DNA from: Pseudomonadota bacterium
GTDB taxonomy: Bacteria; Pseudomonadota; Gammaproteobacteria; Ga0077536
Assembly: GCA_027618655.1 (NCBI GenBank)
Contig: JAQCEL010000003.1
Span: forward strand, 1-61,871
DNA: 61,871 nt
Reading direction: 5' to 3'
Shown here one piece after another: positions 42,358 to 52,510 of this stretch. The translations under genes were made by a program, and so were the position numbers. The first letter of the stretch is position 1. Every line of letters starts with the position of its first letter. The notes below the pieces were generated by a model. That model was not told the origin of the DNA and ran no database searches. It worked only from the letters and a program-made list of their open reading frames with translations.

Positions 42358-42792
42358 ATGGTCTCAATGGCTACGGAACGAACATTTTCTATCATCAAAC
42401 CCAGCGCTGTTGCGGCCAATAATATCGGTGGAATACTGGCTAAATTCGAGGCTGCAGGCTTGAAAATCGTTGCGGCGAAAATGGTCCATTTGACCCGTGC
42501 CCAAGCTGAAGAATTCTATGGCGTGCACCGTGCGCGCCCGTTTTTCGGAGAGCTCGTGGACTTCATGATTTCAGGCCCTATCCTCGCCCAGGTGCTAGAG
42601 GGGGAAGATGCGATAAAGTTGAACCGCGAGGTCATGGGGGCGACCAACCCGGCCGAAGCGGCGCCCGGCACGATTCGAGCGGAATTCGGTAAGGATATTT
42701 CGGAAAATGCAGTGCATGGCTCCGACGCACCAGAAACGGCGGCGACCGAAATCGCGTTTTTCTTTGATCAAAGCGCGATATTCTCGCGCTGA
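42358..42792 (+). CDS. ndk: Nucleoside diphosphate kinase
   Basis: Contains ERTFSIIKP and the active-site motif NAVHGSD. The start is either the ATG at 42358 or the ATG at 42367. Confidence 0.96.
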   Translation: MVSMATERTFSIIKPSAVAANNIGGILAKFEAAGLKIVAAKMVHLTRAQAEEFYGVHRARPFFGELVDFMISGPILAQVLEGEDAIKLNREVMGATNPAEAAPGTIRAEFGKDISENAVHGSDAPETAATEIAFFFDQSAIFSR

Positions 42793-42801
42793 GACTGAAC
42801 T

Positions 42802-43896
42802 GTGAGCCCCGTAGCAACAAACCTCGGCGACCTTGATGTTAAGGGGCTAAATGTTTTTATGGCGAAGATCGGCGAAAGTCGCTTTCGCACGAGCCAGTTG
42901 CTTAAATGGATCCATCAATTTGGCATTGTCGACTTCGACGCAATGACAAACTTGAGTAAATCATTTAGGCAGCGTCTTGCCAGTGATACTGAAATCCGCT
43001 TCCCGGAAATCGTCGATACCCAAGAATCTACGGACGGGACGATCAAGTGGCTGTTGCGAGTAGATTCTGGTAATTCGATTGAGACTGTTTTCATCCCTGA
43101 AAATGACCGCGGTACTTTGTGCGTATCCTCACAAGTGGGTTGTCCACTCGATTGCCAATTTTGTGCAACCGCGAAGCAAGGATTCAATCGCAATCTAAGT
43201 GTTGGTGAGATTATCGGGCAAGTATGGTTGGCTGCGCGCGAGCTTGGCCAGACGCCGAAAACGAACCGTCGAATTACGAATGTGGTGATGATGGGCATGG
43301 GCGAACCATTACTCAATTTCGACAACGTGGTTAGTGCGATGGAGTTGATGATGGATGACCATGCCTACAACCTCGCGCGTAAAAAAGTCACGCTATCCAC
43401 GGCTGGTCACGTACCCGGGATCTATAGATTGCGCGACACCTGCCCGGTCAGCTTGGCGATATCCTTGCATGCCCCGATTGACGAATTGCGCGACGTATTG
43501 GTGCCGATCAATCGAAAGTACCCGATAGATTCCTTGATCGACGCCTGTCGTAGCTATGTAGGCTCGAATCCACATGATCAAATCACATTCGAGTACGTCA
43601 TGCTAAAAGACGTGAACGACAGCCAAGCATTGGCTCGCGACGTAGTTAAGTTACTCCGAGGTCTTCCGGCTAAGGTAAATTTAATTCCGTTTAACCCGTT
43701 TGACGGTGCGAATTACGAATGTTCGTCGCGAGAAACCATTGACGAATTTCGCCGTGAACTCGTGAAGGCAGGCATTGTCACAATCACGCGCAAGACACGT
43801 GGTGATGACATCGATGCGGCGTGTGGGCAGCTGGTTGGCAAAGTGTTGTCAAAAAGCGCTAGACGCCGGTCACAACATAAAATGGCAACCCTATAA
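42802..43896 (+). CDS. rlmN: 23S rRNA/tRNA A2503/A37 C2 methyltransferase RlmN (radical SAM)
   Basis: Contains the cluster motif [12 protein letters not shown] and the MGMGEPLLN motif, with a conserved C-terminal Cys (DIDAACGQL). The start codon is GTG. Confidence 0.95.
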   Translation: MSPVATNLGDLDVKGLNVFMAKIGESRFRTSQLLKWIHQFGIVDFDAMTNLSKSFRQRLASDTEIRFPEIVDTQESTDGTIKWLLRVDSGNSIETVFIPENDRGTLCVSSQVGCPLDCQFCATAKQGFNRNLSVGEIIGQVWLAARELGQTPKTNRRITNVVMMGMGEPLLNFDNVVSAMELMMDDHAYNLARKKVTLSTAGHVPGIYRLRDTCPVSLAISLHAPIDELRDVLVPINRKYPIDSLIDACRSYVGSNPHDQITFEYVMLKDVNDSQALARDVVKLLRGLPAKVNLIPFNPFDGANYECSSRETIDEFRRELVKAGIVTITRKTRGDDIDAACGQLVGKVLSKSARRRSQHKMATL

Positions 43897-44666
43897 TGAT
43901 CCGCACCACTTCGATCCTTGGAGCGTCGATGCTCTTGCTGCTTGCGCTGGGCGGCTGCGCGTCGAACACGAAAAACGAAAATATAAAACCGCAAGATCGA
44001 ACCAAGGTTGCCGATCTGAACACGCAGATCGCTATCGCTTACATTCGTGATGGAGATTTCGAACCCGCATTGGAAAAGCTCGAGAAAGCAATCAGCGCGG
44101 ATCCCAATCATGCGCCTACCTATAGCACCTTGGGTCTGCTCTATAATAGAGTTGGCGAATTTGATAAAGCGGATAAAAATTTCGAGAAAGCTGTGCAGCT
44201 GGATCCGAAAAATTCCTCAATCTTAAATAACTACGGGCAAGTACTTTGCCAGCATGGTCAATTCGAGAAAGGCCAGCAAATGTTCCTCAAGGCTAATGAG
44301 AATTCGCTCTACCGAACGCCGGAAATTGCGCTTAGCAACGCTGGCACTTGCGCGATGGCAGCCGGTGATCTTGCTGCCGCAGAAACACATTTCCGTGAGG
44401 CATTGAAAATAAATCCCCGCGTGGCGCCGCCGCTACTGCAAATGGCTGTCATAAGCTACTCCCTAGAACGCTATCTGCCCGCACGCGGCTATTTGCAACG
44501 CTATCTGGAAGTCGCGAACCACGTGCCGGAAAGTCTCTGGATCGGCATTCAGGTTGAACGCGAATTGGGCGATAAGGACGCTGTATCGAGTTACAGTTTA
44601 CTGTTGCAAAAGGAGTACCCAGATAGCCAGCAGACACAACTCTTTTTAGAGTCGCAAGGTCAGTAA
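43896..44666 (+). CDS. pilW: Type IV pilus biogenesis/stability TPR lipoprotein PilW (PilF)
   Basis: Contains the lipobox LALGGCAS and TPR repeats. It sits in the conserved slot between rlmN and rodZ and overlaps rlmN by 1 nt. Confidence 0.88.
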   Translation: MIRTTSILGASMLLLLALGGCASNTKNENIKPQDRTKVADLNTQIAIAYIRDGDFEPALEKLEKAISADPNHAPTYSTLGLLYNRVGEFDKADKNFEKAVQLDPKNSSILNNYGQVLCQHGQFEKGQQMFLKANENSLYRTPEIALSNAGTCAMAAGDLAAAETHFREALKINPRVAPPLLQMAVISYSLERYLPARGYLQRYLEVANHVPESLWIGIQVERELGDKDAVSSYSLLLQKEYPDSQQTQLFLESQGQ

Positions 44667-45637
44667 TGTCATTGAGTGAGGAGAAAGCACAAAACCCTGG
44701 GACCGGACCTAAGTTGTCTCCCGGGCGTCTGATTGCACAGAGCCGAGAAGCGCACTCGCTCAGCGCCAGCGCACTGGCCACGCGATTGCGGCTAGATCCA
44801 AAAATTGTTCAGGCTTTGGAGCGCGACGATTTCGAAAACCTCCCGGCACCCATGTTTATTAAGGGCTACATTCGAGCAATTGCCAAAGAATTAAATTTAG
44901 ACGTCGAAGTTGTCTTAAGCGCCTATGACGGACTTGCCATCATCGCCCCCCCGCCGCTGGCAGGTTTTGCCTCGCGAGCGCCTATTCAAGTCGGTGTAAA
45001 CAGTGGGGTTGTAAAGGCCGTCACTTTTGGACTGATTGGCCTACTTGTCCTATTGATTGTCAGCTGGTGGCGATCACAGGGAGATATCCCGGTAGCGGTC
45101 GAAGAGACCGTAACCGAACAACAAATTCAGCGCGATGATCGCATTGATTTACTGACTTCTCCGGACCTCGAAGCCTCAATCGATGCACCAGGTTTGCCAC
45201 TGAATGTTAAGCAGGAAGAGTTCGTCGATGGCCATTTTGATTTGGAGTCGCAAACAGATTCCGTATCTGAACCGTCATCCGAGGCGCGCTCGGAACCCGA
45301 ATCTTCATCCGAGAACGACGCTTTGGTAACCGAATTAGAAGCTGAGGGCGAGTCTAGCTTACAGCCCGGCAGTCAGCAGCTCGTCATCAAAACAAAAAAT
45401 GAAGCTTGGGTAGAAATTTATGCAGCAGATGGTTCCGAACTCTTTTTCGGTCTTGCCAAACCAAACAAACCGATCAAGTTAGACGGGTACCCGTATTACC
45501 GACTCATTGTCGGTAATACGGACTCCGTTACGCTGCAGCATGCAACGAAAGATGTCGACATAAAATCCCTAGCAGTTGACGGCGTTGCGCAACTCGAACT
45601 GGGAACGAAACCGGTAGCTCGAGACGGTCCGCGATGA
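44666..45637 (+). CDS. rodZ: Cytoskeleton protein RodZ (HTH plus TM plus DUF4115)
   Basis: Has an N-terminal XRE-type HTH (LSASALATRLRLDPKIVQALE), FIKGYIRAIAKEL, one TM segment, an acidic linker and a C-terminal DUF4115-like beta domain. Confidence 0.85.
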   Translation: MSLSEEKAQNPGTGPKLSPGRLIAQSREAHSLSASALATRLRLDPKIVQALERDDFENLPAPMFIKGYIRAIAKELNLDVEVVLSAYDGLAIIAPPPLAGFASRAPIQVGVNSGVVKAVTFGLIGLLVLLIVSWWRSQGDIPVAVEETVTEQQIQRDDRIDLLTSPDLEASIDAPGLPLNVKQEEFVDGHFDLESQTDSVSEPSSEARSEPESSSENDALVTELEAEGESSLQPGSQQLVIKTKNEAWVEIYAADGSELFFGLAKPNKPIKLDGYPYYRLIVGNTDSVTLQHATKDVDIKSLAVDGVAQLELGTKPVARDGPR

Positions 45638-46929
45638 AGCTTCAATCTATCCGCGGCATGAATGACATCGTGCCGCCTCATTCGAGTCGTTGGCAACAGG
45701 TGGAAAAGTTACTCGCTGATATCTTACGCAGCTATGGGTACAGACAAATCCGTCTACCGATTATGGAGAATACTGCCGTATTCGAGCGCTCGATCGGAGA
45801 CGTGACTGACATAGTACAAAAGGAAATGTACACCTTCGCCGACCGTAATGGCGACAGCCTGAGCTTGCGACCCGAAGGCACTGCCGGTTGCGTCAGGGCG
45901 GTCCTCGAAAATGGTTTAATCCAACAGGGCCTACGTAAACTTTGGTACATCGGCCCCATGTTTCGCCACGAACGTCCGCAAAAAGGTCGCTACCGTCAAT
46001 TTCATCAGATCGGCGTAGAAGTTTTTGACCTTGCGGGTCCTGATATCGACGCCGAGCTTATCCTAATGACTGCGCGAATGTGGCAAGCCTTAGGACTGAC
46101 GGACCTGCGACTCGAATTGAATACCTTGGGCACGGTCGCAAACCGCAAAGCGTATCGATCAGTATTGTTTGACTATTTTTCTGCCTCGAAGGATCAACTC
46201 GACGAGGATTCTCTGAATCGACTAGAACGCAACCCGATGCGGATTTTAGATAGCAAAAACCCAGCGCTACGCCCATTAATAGACAATGCGCCACAACTGA
46301 TCGAGCATCTAGACAATATGTCTAGAGAGCATTTCGAGCGACTCAGCAGCATATTGAATACAGCTGGCATCGAATTCCAGATCAATCCCCTCCTCGTAAG
46401 AGGCCTGGATTACTATTCCAATACAGTGTTCGAATGGATCACTGATTCGCTGGGTGCTCAGGGAACGGTATGCGCCGGCGGGCGTTATGACGGTCTCGTT
46501 GAAACGCTAGGGGGTCGCCCAACCCCAGCGATCGGATTCGCGATGGGTCTCGAGCGACTAATTGAACTGGTTCAAATGGATCGCAGCGACGACATCGATG
46601 ATGACGCGGATATTTATCTTGTGAGTACTGATGACGCGTACGTGAGCGAGATTCTGGTGCTCGCCGAACAAGTTCGCCGTGCGGGACCGCAATGGAGAGT
46701 CGTTTGTCATTGCGGCGGAGGCAGTATTAAATCGCAAATGAAGAAGGCCGATCGAAGTGGTGCACAGGTCGCTTTGATTATTGGCGAGAATGAAAGTCAA
46801 AATAAAGCTGTAACGATCAAACCGCTGCGTAACCAAGCCGAACAAGTTACCGTTGCGTATGATCTCGCAATCGATCGGGCACGGAGTTTTTTGGTTCCGG
46901 GCGCTGAGCGTGAAGATGTGACGTTATAA
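45634..46929 (+). CDS. hisS: Histidyl-tRNA synthetase
   Basis: Class II motifs are present (RLPIMENTAVFERS.., LRPEGTAGCVR, FRHERPQKGRYRQFHQ, GGRYDGL). It overlaps rodZ by 4 nt. Confidence 0.96.
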   Translation: MKLQSIRGMNDIVPPHSSRWQQVEKLLADILRSYGYRQIRLPIMENTAVFERSIGDVTDIVQKEMYTFADRNGDSLSLRPEGTAGCVRAVLENGLIQQGLRKLWYIGPMFRHERPQKGRYRQFHQIGVEVFDLAGPDIDAELILMTARMWQALGLTDLRLELNTLGTVANRKAYRSVLFDYFSASKDQLDEDSLNRLERNPMRILDSKNPALRPLIDNAPQLIEHLDNMSREHFERLSSILNTAGIEFQINPLLVRGLDYYSNTVFEWITDSLGAQGTVCAGGRYDGLVETLGGRPTPAIGFAMGLERLIELVQMDRSDDIDDDADIYLVSTDDAYVSEILVLAEQVRRAGPQWRVVCHCGGGSIKSQMKKADRSGAQVALIIGENESQNKAVTIKPLRNQAEQVTVAYDLAIDRARSFLVPGAEREDVTL

Positions 46930-46985
46930 TGCCCGGCCTTATCCCCAATTGATCCATGCGCTAGCACCTTTCATCTGCCGAGATG

Positions 46986-47021
46986 TCGAACCCTAGGCAT
47001 TGATCGAACCCTACACGCTGA
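46986..47021 (+). repeat. Tandem imperfect 18-nt direct repeat in the hisS-yfgM spacer
   Basis: TCGAACCCTAggcatTGA followed by TCGAACCCTAcacgcTGA, with 13 of 18 positions identical. Confidence 0.6.
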
Positions 47022-47107
47022 TGTGATCAAAGAGTCGCTCGAATAAGGCTTCATTACTCGTGGACCTTGACCCGCATTAGAAAATCGGGGCTAACAGGAG
47101 AACAACG

Positions 47108-47743
47108 TTGGACGCATATACAACCGAAGAAGAACAAATAGCCAAAGTCAAAAACTGGTGGAATGAGAATGGCAAAGCGATTGTCCTCGGGCTCGTGCTG
47201 GGATTAGGCGGATTATTCGGTTACCGATATTGGGAATCTACGCGAATCGCCGAAGGGCAGAATGCGTCCATCAACTACGAACACTTGCTAAGTGTCGCAT
47301 CAAACGGCGCAAGTGACGAAGCAACGGCCGCAGGGCAAGCCATTATTGCGGGTTATCCGAAAAGCACTTACGCGCGGCTAAGCGCACTCGTACTCGCTAA
47401 GCTCGCGGTCGACGTACGCGACCTGCCAGAAGCGAAGTCGCGATTGCAGTGGGTGATTGATAATTCGAAAGACGGAAAGATCAAACCGATGGCTCAAGCA
47501 AGAATGGCACAGGTGTTACTGGCCGAGGGGAATGTCGAGGCGGCGAGTAGTATCGTCGCCGAAATCGATCCCGCGCATGCCGATTTGTTTACCGAATTGC
47601 GCGGTGATGTTTTGTTAGCAACCGGCAAAATTGAAGAGGCACGGAAAATGTACGAACAAACGCTGGATGGGGCGTTGAAACGCAGCAACTCCGGTGCAAT
47701 TGTCCAACTCAAGATTGACAATTTGAATGTAGCAGCTCAGTAA
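47108..47743 (+). CDS. yfgM: YfgM family membrane-anchored TPR-like protein
   Basis: The N-terminus reads EEEQIAKVKNWWNENGKAIVLGLVLGLGGLFGYRYW. It sits in the conserved hisS-yfgM-bamB-der position. The start codon is TTG. Confidence 0.85.
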   Translation: MDAYTTEEEQIAKVKNWWNENGKAIVLGLVLGLGGLFGYRYWESTRIAEGQNASINYEHLLSVASNGASDEATAAGQAIIAGYPKSTYARLSALVLAKLAVDVRDLPEAKSRLQWVIDNSKDGKIKPMAQARMAQVLLAEGNVEAASSIVAEIDPAHADLFTELRGDVLLATGKIEEARKMYEQTLDGALKRSNSGAIVQLKIDNLNVAAQ

Positions 47744-47748
47744 GCCAG

Positions 47749-48957
47749 TTGAATATGCAAATATTACGAGCGCCACTTCTTGTATCGATGATCCTAGTGC
47801 TCGGCGCCTGTGGGGCCGTTACGGAACAGGTAAGGAACCTCACGGGAGGCGAATCTGATAACTCAACTCCACCAGCCGAATTACTTGATTTTGAACCAAC
47901 CATCGAAGTCGAAAGAATATGGTCCGATAGATATGGCAAAGGCGTCGACGAACTTTTTATCGAACTGATCCCAGCGTCGTACAAAGACTCAATTTTTACC
48001 GCCGATCGTGATGGACGGACCATCGCAATGGATGCGGCGACGGGTAAAAAAATCTGGACCATACGGGATAAAGAATTTCGTATTTCTGGCGGCCCCGGGG
48101 CAGGCGAAGGTCTCGTCTACGTCGGCACCTCGGATGCCGAAGTGATCGCACGAGATGCTGAGACGGGTGAAGAGAAATGGGTAGCGTATGTCTCTAGCGA
48201 AGTGCTCGCAGCGCCGGTCGCGGCTCAAGGAACAGTCGTTGTACGGACAGGAGACGGCAAGCTCTTTGGACTGCACGCCGAGTCTGGTAAACGAAAATGG
48301 ATTTATGATCGAACTATTCCAGTATTAACGTTACGTGGCACCGGGACCCCGGTCATTCATGAAAATACGGTCATCGCCGGATTTGACAATGGTCGACTGG
48401 TGGCGCTTGATCTCGATACGGGCAAACAGGAATGGGAAACAAGCCTAGGCGTACCGAGCGGCCGATCAGATTTAGAAAGATTGGTCGATATCGATGCGGA
48501 ACCAACGATCCTCGATGACACGGCCTACATCGCTAGCTTTCAGGCAAATGTCGCGGCCGTGTCCGTCTTCAGCGGACAGCTTGAATGGACTCGCGAAATC
48601 TCGTCGCATTCGAGATTGGCAGCCGATGAATCTAGAGTCTATGTGACAGACGACAAAGGTTTTGTCTGGGCTCTTGATCGAAAGTCCGGGACGTCTATTT
48701 GGAAGCAAGAAGGACTCAAAGCAAGAAAAGTAACCGGCCCTGCAGTGATTGGGAATTATGTTGTGGTCGGGGATTTCGAAGGCTATTTGCATTGGATAAA
48801 TAGTGAAACCGGTGAATTCGTGAATCGACTTCGTCTAGATAAACACCGCATATTGGTTCCATGCCGGAAAGTCGGAGATATTCTATTGGCCATCAGCACC
48901 TCCGGAGAATTAAGTGCTTATAAGCTCACCGGCGCCAGTACGACCGGCGATGAATGA
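47749..48957 (+). CDS. bamB: Outer membrane protein assembly factor BamB
   Basis: Contains the lipobox LVLGACG and repeated PQQ-like beta-propeller blades (G..W..). Confidence 0.92.
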   Translation: MNMQILRAPLLVSMILVLGACGAVTEQVRNLTGGESDNSTPPAELLDFEPTIEVERIWSDRYGKGVDELFIELIPASYKDSIFTADRDGRTIAMDAATGKKIWTIRDKEFRISGGPGAGEGLVYVGTSDAEVIARDAETGEEKWVAYVSSEVLAAPVAAQGTVVVRTGDGKLFGLHAESGKRKWIYDRTIPVLTLRGTGTPVIHENTVIAGFDNGRLVALDLDTGKQEWETSLGVPSGRSDLERLVDIDAEPTILDDTAYIASFQANVAAVSVFSGQLEWTREISSHSRLAADESRVYVTDDKGFVWALDRKSGTSIWKQEGLKARKVTGPAVIGNYVVVGDFEGYLHWINSETGEFVNRLRLDKHRILVPCRKVGDILLAISTSGELSAYKLTGASTTGDE

Positions 48958-48979
48958 GCGGCACGCGGAATAGGGTTCG

Positions 48980-50395
48980 ATGAACATAGAAATTGAACCG
49001 GACACAAAGCCCGTGCTCGCCATCATCGGGCGACCGAATGTTGGCAAATCTACCTTATTCAATCGACTGACGAAAACGCGCGACGCGATCGTAGCGGATG
49101 TCGCCGGCGTTACGCGAGACGTTAACGTCGGCGTCGGCAGAATGGGCAACGCCGCTTATTTAGTCGCGGACACGGGTGGCATCGACAGTCTGGCAAAGGG
49201 CGACATCACTGCTCGAGTGACTGAACAGGCGTTGGCAATGGTCGCCGATTGTGACGCCTTGCTGCTGCTGGTTGACGGCAAAGAAGGCTTGAATGTCGAC
49301 GACGAATTCATCGCTGCAGAAGCGAGAAAATCTGGCATTCCGGTCTTTCTCGTCATTAATAAGGTCGATCATATGGACCCGGATCTGATTGGCGTGGAGT
49401 TCAATAGACTTGGTCTTAATAATCCCATACCGATTTCGGCGATAAGCGGAATGGGGATCAGTGAACTCGTCGAACAAGTTACGAGCGGCTGGCCTGCTAG
49501 CGGTGCCTATCTGTCGCCCGCATCCGAAGCACGGATCCGCGTTGCCATCGTCGGACGTCCAAACGTCGGCAAATCTACCTTGGTCAACCGCATGCTCGGC
49601 GAAGAACGGATGATCACGGCAGATTTACCTGGAACAACACACGACAGCGTCGCGACGGAATTCGAACGGCGCTCGCAAGCCTACACTTTGATTGATACCG
49701 CTGGTATTCGCCGACGTTCCAAAGTGAATGAGGTCGTTGAGAAATTTAGTGCGATCAAGGCACTTCAAGCAATTGATCTAGCGGCTGTGGTCGTCGTCGT
49801 AATGGATGCGCAGGAAGCGATAACCGATCAAGACGTGCACTTACTCGGGCTAGTCGTCGAAAGTGGTCGCTCGGTCGTCATCGCAGTCAATAAGTGGGAT
49901 GGTCTAGGGCCTGACAAGCGTGACCAAATTCGCCGCGATCTCGATCGAAAGCTCAGTTTTATCGATTACGCCGAGAGAATATTTATTTCTGCCTTACATG
50001 GCACTGGAGTCGGTGATCTATTCGATAAAATTTGCGCCGCGTGGCGGTCTTCGCAAGTCACCGCCCAAACCAATCGCGTCACTGAAATGCTGCAACAAGC
50101 CATTGCAGCGCATCAGCCTCCATTAGTTCATGGGCGAAGAGTCAAACTGCGCTACGCCCATTTTGGGGGCCGAAACCCGCCGACGATTATAATTCACGGA
50201 AATCAGACAACCGCCGTGCCGGAATCATACCGCCGTTATCTAGCGAACTATTTCCAGGCGAAATTTAAACTCGTGGGAACCCAAGTCCGGATCGAATTCA
50301 AGCAAAGCAACAATCCATTCGAACACAGACGCAACGTTTTGACTGCGCGACAAGTGCAAAATCGACGTCGTCTAATGAAGCACGTAAAACGCTAG
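48980..50395 (+). CDS. der: Ribosome-associated GTPase Der (EngA)
   Basis: Two tandem G domains (GRPNVGKSTLFNRL and GRPNVGKSTLVNRM, each with DTGG/DTAG and NKxD motifs) plus a KH-like C-terminus. Confidence 0.96.
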   Translation: MNIEIEPDTKPVLAIIGRPNVGKSTLFNRLTKTRDAIVADVAGVTRDVNVGVGRMGNAAYLVADTGGIDSLAKGDITARVTEQALAMVADCDALLLLVDGKEGLNVDDEFIAAEARKSGIPVFLVINKVDHMDPDLIGVEFNRLGLNNPIPISAISGMGISELVEQVTSGWPASGAYLSPASEARIRVAIVGRPNVGKSTLVNRMLGEERMITADLPGTTHDSVATEFERRSQAYTLIDTAGIRRRSKVNEVVEKFSAIKALQAIDLAAVVVVVMDAQEAITDQDVHLLGLVVESGRSVVIAVNKWDGLGPDKRDQIRRDLDRKLSFIDYAERIFISALHGTGVGDLFDKICAAWRSSQVTAQTNRVTEMLQQAIAAHQPPLVHGRRVKLRYAHFGGRNPPTIIIHGNQTTAVPESYRRYLANYFQAKFKLVGTQVRIEFKQSNNPFEHRRNVLTARQVQNRRRLMKHVKR

Positions 50396-50402
50396 AGAAA
50401 TC

Positions 50403-51167
50403 TTAAACGGTTATCCAGGCGCTGGCTCTATCCTGATGCGCGACGTCCCAGGCGACGTTCGTACCGGACAGTGTTGCTGCCAATTGTTGTTCGACTAAGC
50501 TTTTGCAGTTTGCGCGCTCGCTAATGTGCGCTGCCAGCACATGGCACAACGGACCGACGGAAAGCTTGGCAAGTAGCTGAACCGCCTGCTGGTTATTGAA
50601 ATGACCGAGACGACCCGCAATTCGATCCTTAACAGAATCCGGATACTCACAAGCGTCCAACATGAGCGGGTCGTGATTGAATTCCAGAACCAATGCATTG
50701 CAGTTCGCAAAATGCTGATTGATATGCTGAGTCTCACTGCCGAAATCAGTGAGCACACCTATCCGCAAGCCCTCAAATTCCACCACGAACTGGCAGGGCT
50801 CCTTCGCATCGTGCGGCACGGGTGCAGGATGTAACTGTAGCGAACCAACGGAAAATGGTTCATGCGGCGAGATTTCATGTACATCGATCCCGCGTTGCTC
50901 GCCGAAAGAAGACGCGATGAAAGTACCGTGGGTCATATAGACCGGTAATTTATAGCGGCGCGCGAGCGCGCCCACGCCACCGATATGGTCGCCGTGTTCA
51001 TGGGTAACGACGATAGCGGTGAGGTGCTGGAGATCAAAATTGAGCTCCGCCGCGCGGCCTTCTAAGCGGCGGACCGATAATCCGCAATCGATTAGGACGG
51101 CAGAATTTCCGGCTTCTACGACAGTGGCGTTGCCGCTACTACCGCTTGCAAGAACCGCAATTCGCAC
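50403..51167 (-). CDS. MBL-fold metallo-hydrolase (YycJ/PhnP-like)
   Basis: 254 aa with the THEHGDH motif and a later VPHDA motif. It has a GTG start with an AAGGAG RBS. Confidence 0.8.
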   Translation of the reverse strand: MRIAVLASGSSGNATVVEAGNSAVLIDCGLSVRRLEGRAAELNFDLQHLTAIVVTHEHGDHIGGVGALARRYKLPVYMTHGTFIASSFGEQRGIDVHEISPHEPFSVGSLQLHPAPVPHDAKEPCQFVVEFEGLRIGVLTDFGSETQHINQHFANCNALVLEFNHDPLMLDACEYPDSVKDRIAGRLGHFNNQQAVQLLAKLSVGPLCHVLAAHISERANCKSLVEQQLAATLSGTNVAWDVAHQDRASAWITV

Positions 51168-51329
51168 GCTCCGGACTCCTTATTCGTTAGGCTCAATATT
51201 TGATCCGGTAAGCGCTAAGGACCGCCTCGCGCGCATTACTGTCGGCTAGATTGGCGTGTCGAGACGCTTAAGCGTTTCGGATTGATCCCCTGAATGCAGT
51301 CCGTTGTCCCACCATGCTCGCTACGCTTA

Positions 51330-51351
51330 CCTAAGTCCGACAGGCTGCTAG
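51330..51351 (-). repeat. 22-nt repeat, copy B, including the bamC TAG stop
   Basis: The plus strand reads CCTAAGTCCGACAGGCTGCTAG, the exact reverse complement of 61063..61084. Confidence 0.95.
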
Positions 51352-52445
51352 GATCCGGCGTTTATCTCTGTGTTCAAACGAGTCAAAAGCTCGATAGCAC
51401 GCTCACTTGTCGCCCATTTCCCATCTTCATCCAAGACCACCACTTCCGTCTTATCACCCACGCCGGTAAGGCTGAGCTGGAATTGTGTGTCTTCGCCATC
51501 CCAAAATTTGAGTTTCGACAACATGCCTTTCTTTTCAGCCGCACCGGAAGTTGGTAATCGAACGAAATAAAGCCCGCGGCTTTCATCCGCTTGCTCGATC
51601 GAAATGCCGACGCGATCCAGTGCCGATGCCAAACTCTTCCACGCAACGGGAAAATCTTCGGTCACGGCCATATAAACTTTGCCGCCGCCAGCACTGATCA
51701 GTTCCGCGCGCCCCGAGGCAGCGGATCGTTGCTCGCTCGCTTGCGCTGGCTGATCGCCCGGTTCCGCGTCCTCCTGGCTTGATGCAGCGACCGAGCTAGA
51801 ACTCGAGATTCCGCTAAGTCGTTCCTCGATTTGTTCGACCAGCTTTCGCTCCATAGCGATGTCTCGCGTACGGGGCTGCCACACTAGCTTGTCGCCTTGG
51901 GGTACGAGCTCCTCGCCGCGGTGGGAAACATACAACAACGTCGTTCCGTCTTCTTGGCCAGGTTCAGCGAAGACTTTGAATTTGTCGCGAATTAGCTCTT
52001 CTTGATTCTCATTCCAGGACGTTTCAACAACGCCAAGTTCTTCATCGTCCAATTCGAGATCATATCCGTGTTCGCGCCAAAACTCGCGCAGCTGCGGCCA
52101 AATCTGCGCGGGCACGCCTTCGACAGCAAGAATATGCTCATTGTCCAGCAACTTAATCGCGCCCGTCTCAGAACGCTCCAGCTCAAGATTGCGTTGCCGT
52201 TCCGCAGCTCGTTCTTGATACGTTGAAAAACTGGCCGTTCCTGCTTCGCCCGCCGTCGGAATTCCCATCACATCTTGAATTGCGTCAGTCGTCAGATCGG
52301 GTGGAATTTCCAGATCCGGGAGCGTTTTGCTTTTCTTGTATTCAGTTCGGTTGTCGGGAATGATCTTGTCCAACTGTGGGGCGAGTTTACCGCAACCAGC
52401 GATCATCGCGACCAATAGGAGGCTCGCGATGCAAGTCTTCAGCAT
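51348..52445 (-). CDS. bamC: Outer membrane protein assembly factor BamC
   Basis: Contains the lipobox LVAMIAGCG and lies directly downstream of dapA, as in E. coli. The C-terminal helix-grip domains resemble BamC (VAWKSLASALDRVGISIE..). The likely start is MLKTCIA at 52445. Confidence 0.85.
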   Translation of the reverse strand: MLKTCIASLLLVAMIAGCGKLAPQLDKIIPDNRTEYKKSKTLPDLEIPPDLTTDAIQDVMGIPTAGEAGTASFSTYQERAAERQRNLELERSETGAIKLLDNEHILAVEGVPAQIWPQLREFWREHGYDLELDDEELGVVETSWNENQEELIRDKFKVFAEPGQEDGTTLLYVSHRGEELVPQGDKLVWQPRTRDIAMERKLVEQIEERLSGISSSSSVAASSQEDAEPGDQPAQASEQRSAASGRAELISAGGGKVYMAVTEDFPVAWKSLASALDRVGISIEQADESRGLYFVRLPTSGAAEKKGMLSKLKFWDGEDTQFQLSLTGVGDKTEVVVLDEDGKWATSERAIELLTRLNTEINAGS

Positions 52446-52510
52446 TAGGGTGTGACCTCTCGAAAACTCATCTTTTATATGCCATGTAGGATTACGTCCG
52501 ATAATTCGCA

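Noticed and set aside
51261-51280. The palindrome CGAGACGCTTAAGCGTTTCG downstream of bamC, considered as a terminator.
   Set aside because: It has no loop (central GCTTAAGC) and no U tract on the minus strand. It could be a protein site, but nothing supports that.
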